Part shown: positions 51,794 to 60,569 of the stretch, piece after piece | How positions within the stretch are numbered: position 1 is the first letter of the stretch | Layout of the letters: the number at the start of each line of letters is the position of its first letter | Source: an uncultured Acidobacteriota bacterium | GTDB lineage: Bacteria; Acidobacteriota; Terriglobia; UBA7540 | Assembly (NCBI GenBank): GCA_963804995.1 | Contig: CAWDSK010000006.1 | Coordinates: 1,824,001-1,888,000 of the forward strand | DNA length: 64,000 nucleotides | Direction of reading: 5' to 3' | Program-made: the position numbers and the translations under genes | Notes under the pieces: generated by a model | What the model was told of the DNA's origin: nothing | Databases searched by the model: none | What the model saw: only the letters and a program-made list of their open reading frames with translations

Positions 51794-52421
51794 ATCGGGA
51801 TAGGGGGAGCGGTTGCCCGCCCACCCCTCCCACACCACCGTACGTACGGAGCGCGTATACGGCGGTTCCGTGACTTAAGCCCGCGGGGGCCGGAGTTTCG
51901 ATACGCGTTTCGCCGATGGAGGCTTCGCCGCTCCCAAGGTCCTTTCGGGCTTCACCCTATCCGCCCCTGGCAAGCTCAGCCGAAGCTGATTGGCTGGCGC
52001 ATGGCCATCCATGAGAACCGCGCACTACTCTTCACGATCACGGTTCGGGCCTTCGTCCCGATAGGTCGGGACTAATCTGCCCTATGCTGACTTCTGCCTG
52101 GAGTCCAGAACACCTTACGATGTCCTCAGTCACGAAGCCGTGACACCAGGCAGATCTCCCGAGGTAAGTTCGACCGCCTTCCGTGCATCGCCGCCGAATC
52201 TACGTTTTGCGCTCTTGATGGATAGGGGCTTCGCGAAACCTGGCCCGCTCGCCCAACGCTCACGCCTTCTATCCGGTTTTTGTCCATCGGCTCGCACGTT
52301 TGTTCCACGCTTCCTTCAGACCCCGCCTCGCGACGACGCCCTTGCGCTTCGCTAACCCTTCACCTCCATCAGGTTGGGTAGGGGACTTTCACCCCCAAGC
52401 TGTCGAACATGCTCGGCACAC
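51794..52421 (-). ncRNA. ORF-less class C (IIC) group II intron, 628 nt
   Basis: 5' GTGTGCCGAGCATG; DV GAACCGCCGTATACG...CGTACGTACGGTGGTGTGGGAGG; DVI ending CCCTATCCCGAT; GAAGTCAGC and GAAGGCCCGAAC DII/DIII motifs. Confidence 0.9.
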
Positions 52422-52424
52422 CAA

Positions 52425-52942
52425 GTAGCGCAGAGTCTCCCGCACTCCGAGACTCTGCGGCTCGTCCTCAGTTCTCCCGCCCTCACCGGCACAACGTTAA
52501 ATCCCATGTTTATCAAACTAAGAGCCGCAGAGTGTGAAAGGGCCACACTCTGCGCTACCCCATCTTTCCCGCTTGTTTCCGTTTAGGCAAATTCATCCTC
52601 ACATGACCATTCGAGGGTAGCGCAGAGTCTCACGCTCTTCGAGACTCTGCGGCTCGTCCTCAGATGCATTATGATCGCCGATATGATGTTACTACGCATG
52701 TTTATCAATTCACGAACCGCAGAGTGTGAAAGGCACACACTCTGCGCTACCCCATCTTTCCCGCTTCTATCCGTCCAGGCAAATTCATTCCCAGGTGACC
52801 AATCGAGGGTAGCGCAGAGACTCGCGCTCTTTGAGACTCTGCGGCCCTTCCTCAGTTCTCCCGCCCTCACCGGCACAACGTTACATCCCATGTTTATCAA
52901 ACTAAGAGCCGCAGAGTGTGAAAGAACCACACTCTGCGCTAC
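52425..52942. repeat. Tandem array of three 134-bp GTAG-REP doublets, 192-bp period
   Basis: GTAGCGCAGAG at 52425, 52617 and 52809; each unit ends CTCTGCGCTAC. Confidence 0.9.
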
Positions 52943-53481
52943 CGGCTTACGACCTCCAGAGAAATCGGGCTACCACGTCACATGTCCTCACACTGTATTA
53001 CTATTACCCCGCGTGCTAATTAAACTAAGGACCGCACAGCAGAAACCCCAGCCGCCGCGATGCCTCCAGAACATCGATGATCGATGCGTATTCCGACTCG
53101 TTGAATCGCCGAAAGCGCCGGCGAAGGTTTACACTGAGAAAGAAGATCACGTCAGTCTGGAGGAGGCCATGGACGTTCGACACGCCCGCAGGTTACCACC
53201 ACGCCCCAAGGCCCACAAGCACCCACGTCAAGCGCCACAATTGCGGCGATAATCAACGGAGGTTTTCGCATCAAGGGAAAAGCCCACGGACAGAAAAGCG
53301 CTGTCCGTGGCAACCCGCTTAAGTGCGGGGTTGGTTCTTTGGCCGAATGGTTGGCGATGGCTTGGCGGTCGTGGTAAAGACGGTAATGGCGCTGACAGCT
53401 TGAAGCCTGCTCCCAGAGGCGGTAAAATCCCGCCACAAAAAGCCCATACGGCCCATACGGCCAGAACGGGAGGATGGTCAC

Positions 53482-54051
53482 ATGACCACTAAGAAGTCGA
53501 CCCCCAAGAAACGAAAAGCCACCCAGCGCGCGCCGCAGCGGTCGAAGCACCCTTCGGCGCGCGACTTCTCGCGAGCGGACAAGGCCTTGCGCGAGCATGT
53601 TCTTTACCTGCTGAAAGGCGGGGGGGCGCACCTTGCGTTTGAGCAGGCTGTCGCTGACCTGCCGGCTGAGTTGCGCACCCGCAAGCCATCTGGAGTTGCC
53701 CACTCCGTCTGGGAACTGCTGGAACACCTGCGCATAGGGCAATGGGATATTTTGGAATTCAGCCGCAACCCGCAGCACGTCTCTCCGGAATGGCCGTCCG
53801 GCTACTGGCCGCCCCCCGGATTTGAGCCCGACCAGAAAGCTTGGGATGCCAGCCTCGAAACCTTCCGCCGCGACCTGCACGCGATGGAGAAGCTGGTAGC
53901 CGCTCCTTCCACCAATCTGTTCGCCAGGATTCCACACGGCGACGGGCAGACAATCTTGCGGGAGGCCCTGCTGGTGGCTGACCACAACGCCTACCACCTG
54001 GGGCAGATCGTGCAACTGCGCCGCCTGCTTGACGCCTGGCCTGGAAATTAG
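53482..54051 (+). CDS. DinB family protein
   Basis: [24 protein letters not shown]. Confidence 0.9.
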   Translation: MTTKKSTPKKRKATQRAPQRSKHPSARDFSRADKALREHVLYLLKGGGAHLAFEQAVADLPAELRTRKPSGVAHSVWELLEHLRIGQWDILEFSRNPQHVSPEWPSGYWPPPGFEPDQKAWDASLETFRRDLHAMEKLVAAPSTNLFARIPHGDGQTILREALLVADHNAYHLGQIVQLRRLLDAWPGN

Positions 54052-54058
54052 GGCGGAC

Positions 54059-54243
54059 GTAGGGCCGAACGGCGTTCGGCCTTGGGCCAGCGCCGCCCCG
54101 GCGTCCGAAGCCGACTCTGGGCGTAGGACGCCCCGGCTGGAAAGTCCGCCGATCCTAAATGGTGGACGCCAGAAGCCGGCTCTGGGGCGCAGGACGCCCC
54201 GGCGTCCGAAGCCAACTCTGGGGCGCAGGACGCTGGTCCCTAC
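54059..54243. repeat. GTAG-REP-derived element with ~36-bp internal tandem duplications
   Basis: GTAGGGCCGAACGGCGTTCGGCC...(GCCCCGGCGTCCGAAGCC.ACTCTGGG.CG.AGGAC)x2-3...CCCTAC. Confidence 0.65.
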
Positions 54244-54361
54244 ACCTTTGGTTGTGCCCCTACCGCGCTGCGCTGCTGTCAGACGCTGCGGCTCTTAACT
54301 TGGCGAGGGCTGGGTTGAGTCCTACAGACGGGCAGGCCGTACGTCCAACTCGACGAGCAGC

Positions 54362-54718
54362 GCGGCGCGGCGAAGCCGCAACCAAAAAGAGAATCATAGC
54401 CCTCTCCGCAGGGGAGAGGGTGGACCGAGGCCAGCGTTTTTACGAGCTGGCGCGGGACGGGTGAGGGGTCACTTTCGGGAAGTAGCACAATATTCTTGCT
54501 AAAAAAATTTACGGTATTGCATTGCGGAGGGGGGCACGGCATGGCGCACCCTCCGATTTTACTCTTGAAGGCCAGCGACTTTTTGTCAAAGTGCGACTGT
54601 CCCAGAAGTTGCTCTCCGCGGGGCATAGCGAGCGAGGTCCCACTTAATTCCTCAAAGACATGCGTTATTGACATGCGTTTTACGCAAGGACTTTTTGTTT
54701 GCGGCTCCGCCCTGCCCC
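54362..54718. mobile_element. MITE-like element (GCCGCAACCAAA ends) with repeat cargo
   Basis: GCCGCAACCAAAAAG / CTTTTTGTTTGCGGC (14/15). Confidence 0.55.
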
Positions 54719-54739
54719 ACTTCATTTTATGGCAGTGAT

Positions 54740-55038
54740 AAATCGAAGTAAACCGCCGCGACGGTTTCACGATTGCCGTCTCGCAGGGGCGGCACATCGC
54801 CCCTATCGCCAAGCGCACCGTGTTGAGCGACGACGCGCTCAGCATCCTGGTTCCCATTCTCGAGGAAATTGCCGGCTGGGATACCACGCGCATCCGCACC
54901 TTCTTCGAGGCGCAAGGCCTCCTCATCCAGGAGTGGGACCGAGTCCGCGCGGACTGGCTCACCATCACCCCACAGCCCCCGCAGCCGCCGTCCGACCCAA
55001 GCGATAAAGGCGAATCAGCACCAGCGCGGGCTTCGTAG
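54740..55038 (+). pseudogene. Probable 3' gene remnant, family not recognised
   Basis: Coding-like frame [20 protein letters not shown]...WLTIT with no good start, beginning next to a MITE end. Confidence 0.4.
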
Positions 55039-55470
55039 AAATCCACGTCATTTCTATCAACTGAGCCCTCGGTCCTGCCGATACCGATGTGGGGGAGTGT
55101 GGGCCGCGCGGGGGTGGGGTTGGATGGTCCCCCATGCTTGGTATTCCGCCGAGCTCGCCGATCCAATGTCCAGAATCACAAATCCAAAGTTCCAGGGCAG
55201 TCGGCGCCGCATTTTCCTCCTCCGCATCGTCGGTCCTGCCGATACCGATTTGGGGGAGTGTGGGCCGCCGGGTGGAGATGTTTTGGATGTTCGCTGATGC
55301 TCGGCTATACGGCTGCCCGGCAATCCGCGAATCCGGAGAGGCAAGTCCGCAGTAGCTCTGCCGCTGGGTGGTGTGGGTTGGGATGTTTTCCCATGCTCGG
55401 TGTTCCGCCTTTTTCCCCGTTCCGAGGATCCGGAGTAACAGACGTGAGCAATCCTGTCGCCGCCCTCCGT

Positions 55471-56790
55471 CTATTGCTTGTATCGTTTTTGATAAAACTC
55501 CAGGATCTGCTTCAGCTCTTCGGGTTTCATCCCGGCCTTCCAGCGGTGCCAGTCGGTTGCGAGAACGCTTTGGGTAATGCCCGGTTCGAGCTGTTCGGCC
55601 TCTGGCAGGAACTCGTTATAAAAGTTCTTCGAGACCTCGTAGAAGCCGTGCCACTGGGTATAGTCGGGACCCATCATGGCCGTCCCCATACGGGCGCGTC
55701 GACCCTGATGATGCCACAACTCGTAATACGTCCACTCGATTTTCTCGTCGAAAGGCGTGCGCGTCAGCTTGCCGTCCGCGTAGAGCTTCTCCATGATGGC
55801 GCGCGCGGGCTTGCCGAATTTCTCGTTGTAGAGGTCCACGGTCAGGTCGTACTGTTTGTAGAAGTTCTCCACCCACCCTGTGGCATGGCAATTGGCGCAG
55901 ACATCCTTCATGGCCGCGCGCCGCTTTTCCCAATTCTCAAGTTTGATTGAGACGGCCGGGCGCAGCGTCCAACTGATGCGGTCGCCGGTGTCGTGCGTCA
56001 CGGCTTGAGTCGATGTGGCGCTCATGTGGCAGGTGGCGCAGGTGGGTGCGGAATAATAATCTGTGCCCACCACCCAGCTCTTGGAATCCAGATTCATCTT
56101 GGCAATATTGGCGCGGAACTGGATGCCGTGCTTCGACTCGTTGTAAATCTCGATCTGGGGATGGTCCGGCCCCATGTGGCACTTGCCGCAATTTTCGGGT
56201 TGGCGGGCCTGGGCAGCGGAAAACGCATGCCGGCCGTGGCACGCCGCGCACGACCCCTTTGATCCGTCAGGATTGATGCGGCCAATGCCGCTGTTGGGCC
56301 AGGTGGCGGGATCAAACTTCCCTTCCCCGCGGTACGCCACCGTGCTTCCATGGCATTGCATGCACCCGTTGATGACGGCCGGGCCGCCTTCCACGACTTC
56401 GCCCAGCACGTTGTCAAGCGAGCCGATGAACTTGGCGGCGTCCGCGTGGTGGCTTGCCTCAAATTGCCTGGTCTCCTTGGCGTGGCAGCGCGCGCAGTAG
56501 TTCGGCGTGACGATTACGGCAATCTGCTGGCCGTAATGGTCAAACGCCGCGGGATCGCCGGGATTCGCCTGGTGGCAGGAGTAGCAGTCTACCCGCGCCG
56601 CCGCGTGGCGACTCTGCCGCCACTGCTCCACCGCCCCGGGCGTCGTGGATTCGTGGCAGTCCAGGCATTTCTGCCCCGCTGGTGAAACCTGCGGTGATGC
56701 TTCCGTGCCCGTCAGTAGACCTTGAAAACCAGTTATCAATACCAGAAGAAGGAAAGCCCGGAAGGATGCAACTTGCGGGGTAAGTCTCAT
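55471..56790 (-). CDS. Octaheme cytochrome c, hydroxylamine oxidoreductase (HAO)-like, reductive type
   Basis: Signal peptide; 8 CxxCH motifs; CHMGPDHPQIEIY.ESKHG, APTCATCHM, MMGPDYTQWHG. Confidence 0.88.
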   Translation of the reverse strand: MRLTPQVASFRAFLLLVLITGFQGLLTGTEASPQVSPAGQKCLDCHESTTPGAVEQWRQSRHAAARVDCYSCHQANPGDPAAFDHYGQQIAVIVTPNYCARCHAKETRQFEASHHADAAKFIGSLDNVLGEVVEGGPAVINGCMQCHGSTVAYRGEGKFDPATWPNSGIGRINPDGSKGSCAACHGRHAFSAAQARQPENCGKCHMGPDHPQIEIYNESKHGIQFRANIAKMNLDSKSWVVGTDYYSAPTCATCHMSATSTQAVTHDTGDRISWTLRPAVSIKLENWEKRRAAMKDVCANCHATGWVENFYKQYDLTVDLYNEKFGKPARAIMEKLYADGKLTRTPFDEKIEWTYYELWHHQGRRARMGTAMMGPDYTQWHGFYEVSKNFYNEFLPEAEQLEPGITQSVLATDWHRWKAGMKPEELKQILEFYQKRYKQ

Positions 56791-56914
56791 CAGAATCCCC
56801 CCTGAAATTAAAAGTCGGCAAGACTGCGGCAGGCACTCCGCGGAAGCATGGTGTCGAACCTAAATTCCGCAAGCCACCGAGTCCTGGCGAGGGAGACTCT
56901 CGGGTGTGGAGGGT

Positions 56915-56955
56915 ATTGTAAACGATATTGGGCGGCCGACAGTGACCTAAGTCAC
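56915..56955 (-). promoter_or_regulatory. Candidate class II CRP/FNR-family promoter of the HAO-like gene
   Basis: GTGA-CCTAAG-TCAC at 56942-56955 centred near -41 relative to a TACAAT -10 (56920-56915). Confidence 0.5.
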
Positions 56956-57036
56956 GGGCCGGGGTCAGCAGGCCATCGGCCCCCGGGGCGGGTTGACGAT
57001 CCCAAGGTTGGGGGGCCGGATCCGGTTCGTCCCCAA

Positions 57037-58020
57037 CTACTTTCCCGTAGGCGGAAGGCGGTCTTTCTCCGCCTTGACGCGAATCAGGCTATAAGGCTTC
57101 TGCTTGAGAGTGTCAGAAAGCTCTTTGAGATTCTCGCTCGTGATGCGAATGTTCTCCAGCGTCTCGTCCAGGTTGCCCCGATTCCCATCCAGCGTATCGT
57201 CCAGATTGACGATCAGCCGCTGCGCATCGGCGAGGGAGCTATCGAGGCGAAGAAGCGTGTCATGAATCTCCTTGCGATTTTCAACCAACATGGCGTCCAG
57301 GTGATCGGCCAGCTTGTTGGTCTTGCCGAGGGTGACGTTGACATTGTCGACCGTAGGCGGCAGTTTGGCGCTGGTGGTTTCGATGTTGCCGAGGGTCTTC
57401 TCGATGTGGGGACGCATGTCCTTCAGCATCCCATCGCTATTGGCGAGCACGGAACTGAAATGTTCGCGGTTTTCCGGGTTCACAACCTCGTTCATGTTCT
57501 TGATCAACTCGGTGGCATTATCAGAAAGCGTAAGCACGCGCTCGTCGAGATCACCCACCAGTTTATTGGCATTCACCGTAATGTTGTTGACGTTGTTAAA
57601 CACATCCGCCAACTGCACGATCTCCATAGCCTGAAGCTCGCTGCCACCTGGAAGGAGCGGAGCATCCCGAGTGCCGGCGGAGACCTCCAGGTAGTTCTCT
57701 CCCAAAAAACCCAGCGAGGAGATGCGGGCCTTGGAATTGGTCCGGAAGGGTGTGCCGGCGTCCACCTGGAGCTTGACGAGGATGCGAGTTGAATCCTTCG
57801 GGTCAATTCTGGCTGATTCGATCGTGCCCACCTTGAGGCCGCCGAAGCGGACCAGGCTGCCGGGATCAAGCCCGCCCGCGAACTTAAAGTAAGTGGTGTA
57901 TTCAACTTTCTTCTTGCGAAACAGGTTGACCCCGCCCACGAAGACCAGCGCGGTCAGAAACACCACCACCGCTATCGCTACCACGACTCCGACCTTAATC
58001 TCCTCGTTTTTGCGCGCCAT
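57037..58020 (-). CDS. MCE/MlaD family protein
   Basis: N-terminal TM helix; FAGGLDPGSLVRFGGLKVG, SLGFLGENYLEV; long helical tail. Confidence 0.92.
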   Translation of the reverse strand: MARKNEEIKVGVVVAIAVVVFLTALVFVGGVNLFRKKKVEYTTYFKFAGGLDPGSLVRFGGLKVGTIESARIDPKDSTRILVKLQVDAGTPFRTNSKARISSLGFLGENYLEVSAGTRDAPLLPGGSELQAMEIVQLADVFNNVNNITVNANKLVGDLDERVLTLSDNATELIKNMNEVVNPENREHFSSVLANSDGMLKDMRPHIEKTLGNIETTSAKLPPTVDNVNVTLGKTNKLADHLDAMLVENRKEIHDTLLRLDSSLADAQRLIVNLDDTLDGNRGNLDETLENIRITSENLKELSDTLKQKPYSLIRVKAEKDRLPPTGK

Positions 58021-58163
58021 ATGTCCTTCCTCGTAGCAGATGTCAGGTTCCAGGTATCAGGCGGCAGGGGTCGAAAATCGAAACTCGATGCAGCTTTCAC
58101 GAGTTTCGAATTTCGATTTTCGAGTTTCGGTCCTTCCTGACCCCTGATACCTGACACCTGTCC

Positions 58164-58964
58164 CTACGTCTGTGTGATCGTACGCAAATATTCCTGAGCG
58201 TCTATCTGGTCGCCCTCGGGAATCCGGTTCATGAATTGCACCACGCGCGGGTGCTGGTTGTTGCGAATCTCTTCCGGCGTTCCGATGGCAATCACCTCGC
58301 CGCGGTCCATCACGGTAATGCGGTCGGCAATCATAAAGGCGCTGGCCATCTCATGCGTGACCACGATGATGGTCATCCGGAAAGCAAGCTTCAGCTTCAG
58401 GATCAGCGAATCGATTCCCGCCGCGGTGATGGGATCCAGTCCGGCCGAGGGCTCATCGAACAGCAGGATCTCCGGGTCCATGGCCAGGGCCCGCGCCAGG
58501 CCCGCCCGCTTCTTCATGCCGCCGCTCAGTTGCGCGGGCATGTAGTTTTCAAACCCGCTCAGCCCCACCAGGTCCAGCTTGATGCGGGTCATGATGCGGA
58601 TCGTGGATTCTTCGAGGTGGGTCAGCTCGCGCAAGGGCAGCGCCACGTTTTCCTCAATGGTCATCGAATTGAAAAGCGCCGCGCTCTGGAACAGCATGCC
58701 GATTTTGCGCCGGAGCTGGTTGAAACGCTCCTCCGAAATGGAGCAGATATCGTGGCCGCGGATCAGGATCCGGCCCGAAGAGGGAAGCTCCAGGCGCATG
58801 ATATGGCGCAGCAAGGTGCTCTTTCCGGTTCCGCTGCCCCCCAGAATCACCATGGTCTCGCCCGTGGGAAAGTCCAGGTTGACGTGGTTCAGGATGCGCC
58901 GCTCACCGTAGTGGGTGACCAGGTCCTCCACGCGAATCATAGGGCCTTCGAATTCATTCGGCAT
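58164..58964 (-). CDS. mlaF: MlaF-like ABC ATPase
   Basis: GGSGTGKS, LFQSAALF, LSGGMKKRAGLARA, DEPSAGLDP. Confidence 0.92.
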   Translation of the reverse strand: MPNEFEGPMIRVEDLVTHYGERRILNHVNLDFPTGETMVILGGSGTGKSTLLRHIMRLELPSSGRILIRGHDICSISEERFNQLRRKIGMLFQSAALFNSMTIEENVALPLRELTHLEESTIRIMTRIKLDLVGLSGFENYMPAQLSGGMKKRAGLARALAMDPEILLFDEPSAGLDPITAAGIDSLILKLKLAFRMTIIVVTHEMASAFMIADRITVMDRGEVIAIGTPEEIRNNQHPRVVQFMNRIPEGDQIDAQEYLRTITQT

Positions 58965-58966
58965 AA

Positions 58967-59762
58967 TCAACCCGTGTAGTAGAAAATCCCCGTAAAAATC
59001 ACATCCGCAAAGATAATCAGGAAAATCGAAACCACGACCGAGGAGGTCGTTGCCTTGCCCACACCCTCGGCCCCACCCTTCACGGCGAAACCTTCGTAGC
59101 AACCCACCCCGGTGATGATGAGGCCAAACACCAGGCTTTTCACCAGGCCCGTAGTGATGTCACGCATCACCAGCGCCTCTTGCGTCGCGCTCAAAAAGAT
59201 CAGGAACGACTGATGGAGTTGCAGGACCTCAAAGAGGGCGCCGCCCAAAATCCCGGAAAGATCGGAAAGTATCGTGAGGCAGGGCATCATGACCAGCAGC
59301 GCGAGATACTTGGGAACCACCAGGTAGCGCACGCTGTTCGAGCCCCATAGCCTCCAGGGCATCGATTTCTTCCGATACTTTCATCGTGCCGAGTTCGGCT
59401 GCGAAGGCCGAACCGGACCGCCCCGCGATGACGATAGCCGTAATCAGCGGCCCCAGTTCGCGCGTCATGGAAACGCCCACCAGCGCCGTGACGAAGTAGG
59501 ACGCTCCAAACTTCTGAAGCTGGTACGCGCCCTGCAAGGCCATTACGATTCCGATAAAAAGGGAGATCAGGCAAACGATGGGGATGGAATTCACCCCGGC
59601 CATCACCATCTGGTGGATGGCGTTACGCCACTTCACGTTCAGGCCCTTGAACGGCGCCACGAAGGTCCAGTAGGCGGCCTTCCGACTGAGCTCGTAGAGG
59701 CCGCTCACATAGCGGATGAAATCCAGCGTATTGCGTCCAAGGAAAGCGAGAACGCCAGTCAT
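58967..59762 (-). CDS. mlaE: MlaE-like permease, frameshifted near 59338
   Basis: RELGPLITA...GRSGSAFAAELGTMKVSEEIDAL then GAEGVGKATTSSVV in the next frame. Confidence 0.9.
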
Positions 59763-59796
59763 TTTCTGCCCTTGTTAGATCTCAGAATTCGCCCGC

Positions 59797-60156
59797 TCAG
59801 ATCCCACCGAAAGGTTGAACCGAACCGATCTTTTCCACGGCTTCCGCCTCGTCTTCAAAAATCGTGAAGACCTTGTGAAGCCGCGCCAACTCCAGCACCG
59901 AACGCGCATTCTTCCGCAGAGCAAAAAGGCCGAAGCGTGATTTGGTCTGCCGGGAGAGCTGCAGGCCCTCGACCAGCGTGGCGATGCCGGAACTGTCGAT
60001 GTAGGGCACTTCAGACATGTTAACCAGAACGCTGGGACCGCCCGGCTTAATCTCCGCCAATAAGGCTTCGCGCAAACGTGGCGAAGAATAGAGATCGACG
60101 TCGCCTGTGCAGTCGAGAATCGAGATACTATCCAGATTGCGAACTTGAACCTTCAT
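59797..60156 (-). CDS. STAS anti-sigma-factor antagonist (RsbV/SpoIIAA-like)
   Basis: GDVDLYSSPRLRE, YIDSSGIATLV. Confidence 0.92.
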   Translation of the reverse strand: MKVQVRNLDSISILDCTGDVDLYSSPRLREALLAEIKPGGPSVLVNMSEVPYIDSSGIATLVEGLQLSRQTKSRFGLFALRKNARSVLELARLHKVFTIFEDEAEAVEKIGSVQPFGGI

Positions 60157-60569
60157 GGCGAGAGGAGCCCTTTCTTGACAGATACTTGACCAACCTCAGG
60201 CGATTACCTTCCTTAAAATCCTGGTCGAAACTGCATTCATCCATAAAGCTGGTGATAAAGAAAGTGCCGAGTCCCCCCGGCCGGAACGTCATCCAGTTTG
60301 CGGGGACGGATCAGGTCCTCGCGAACCTTCGGACCCCAATCCTCCAGGATGAACTCCAGCCGATCTGAAAAAGGGCGAACCTCCAACACCAGGCGCGCCT
60401 GGGGGCGGCCGCCATACGTATGCCGGATAATGTTGGCGGCAGCCTCGTCAATGGCCATGGCAAGGCAATCTGCGTCACACTCGGAAAAGCCCGCTTCCTG
60501 CGCGCGGAATCTTACCACACCCCGCAGAATATTCAGAAGGCGCGGCTCACTACCAATGGCAATTCTCAT
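60128..60569 (-). CDS. RsbW/SpoIIAB-like serine kinase, frameshifted near 60284
   Basis: AIDEAAANIIRHTY, LEDWG, then RPGGLGTFFITSFMDE after one-base correction. Confidence 0.85.

Noticed and set aside
51793..52546. Splicing restores a full-length RHS gene
   Set aside because: The 5' exon is a REP array and the joined frame has a TAA about 26 codons upstream; no RHS 5' half is in the window
52425..52942. CRISPR array
   Set aside because: Conserved parts far exceed 50 bp, cores of units 1 and 3 are near-identical, there is no cas operon, and the structure matches GTAG-REP doublets
52352..53252. ORFs reading through the 192-bp repeats
   Set aside because: By-products of a repeat period divisible by three; no RBS or protein-like features
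54090..54243. CRISPR- or TIGR-like 36-nt repeat array
   Set aside because: Units are tandem duplications without unique spacers, inside a REP-derived element
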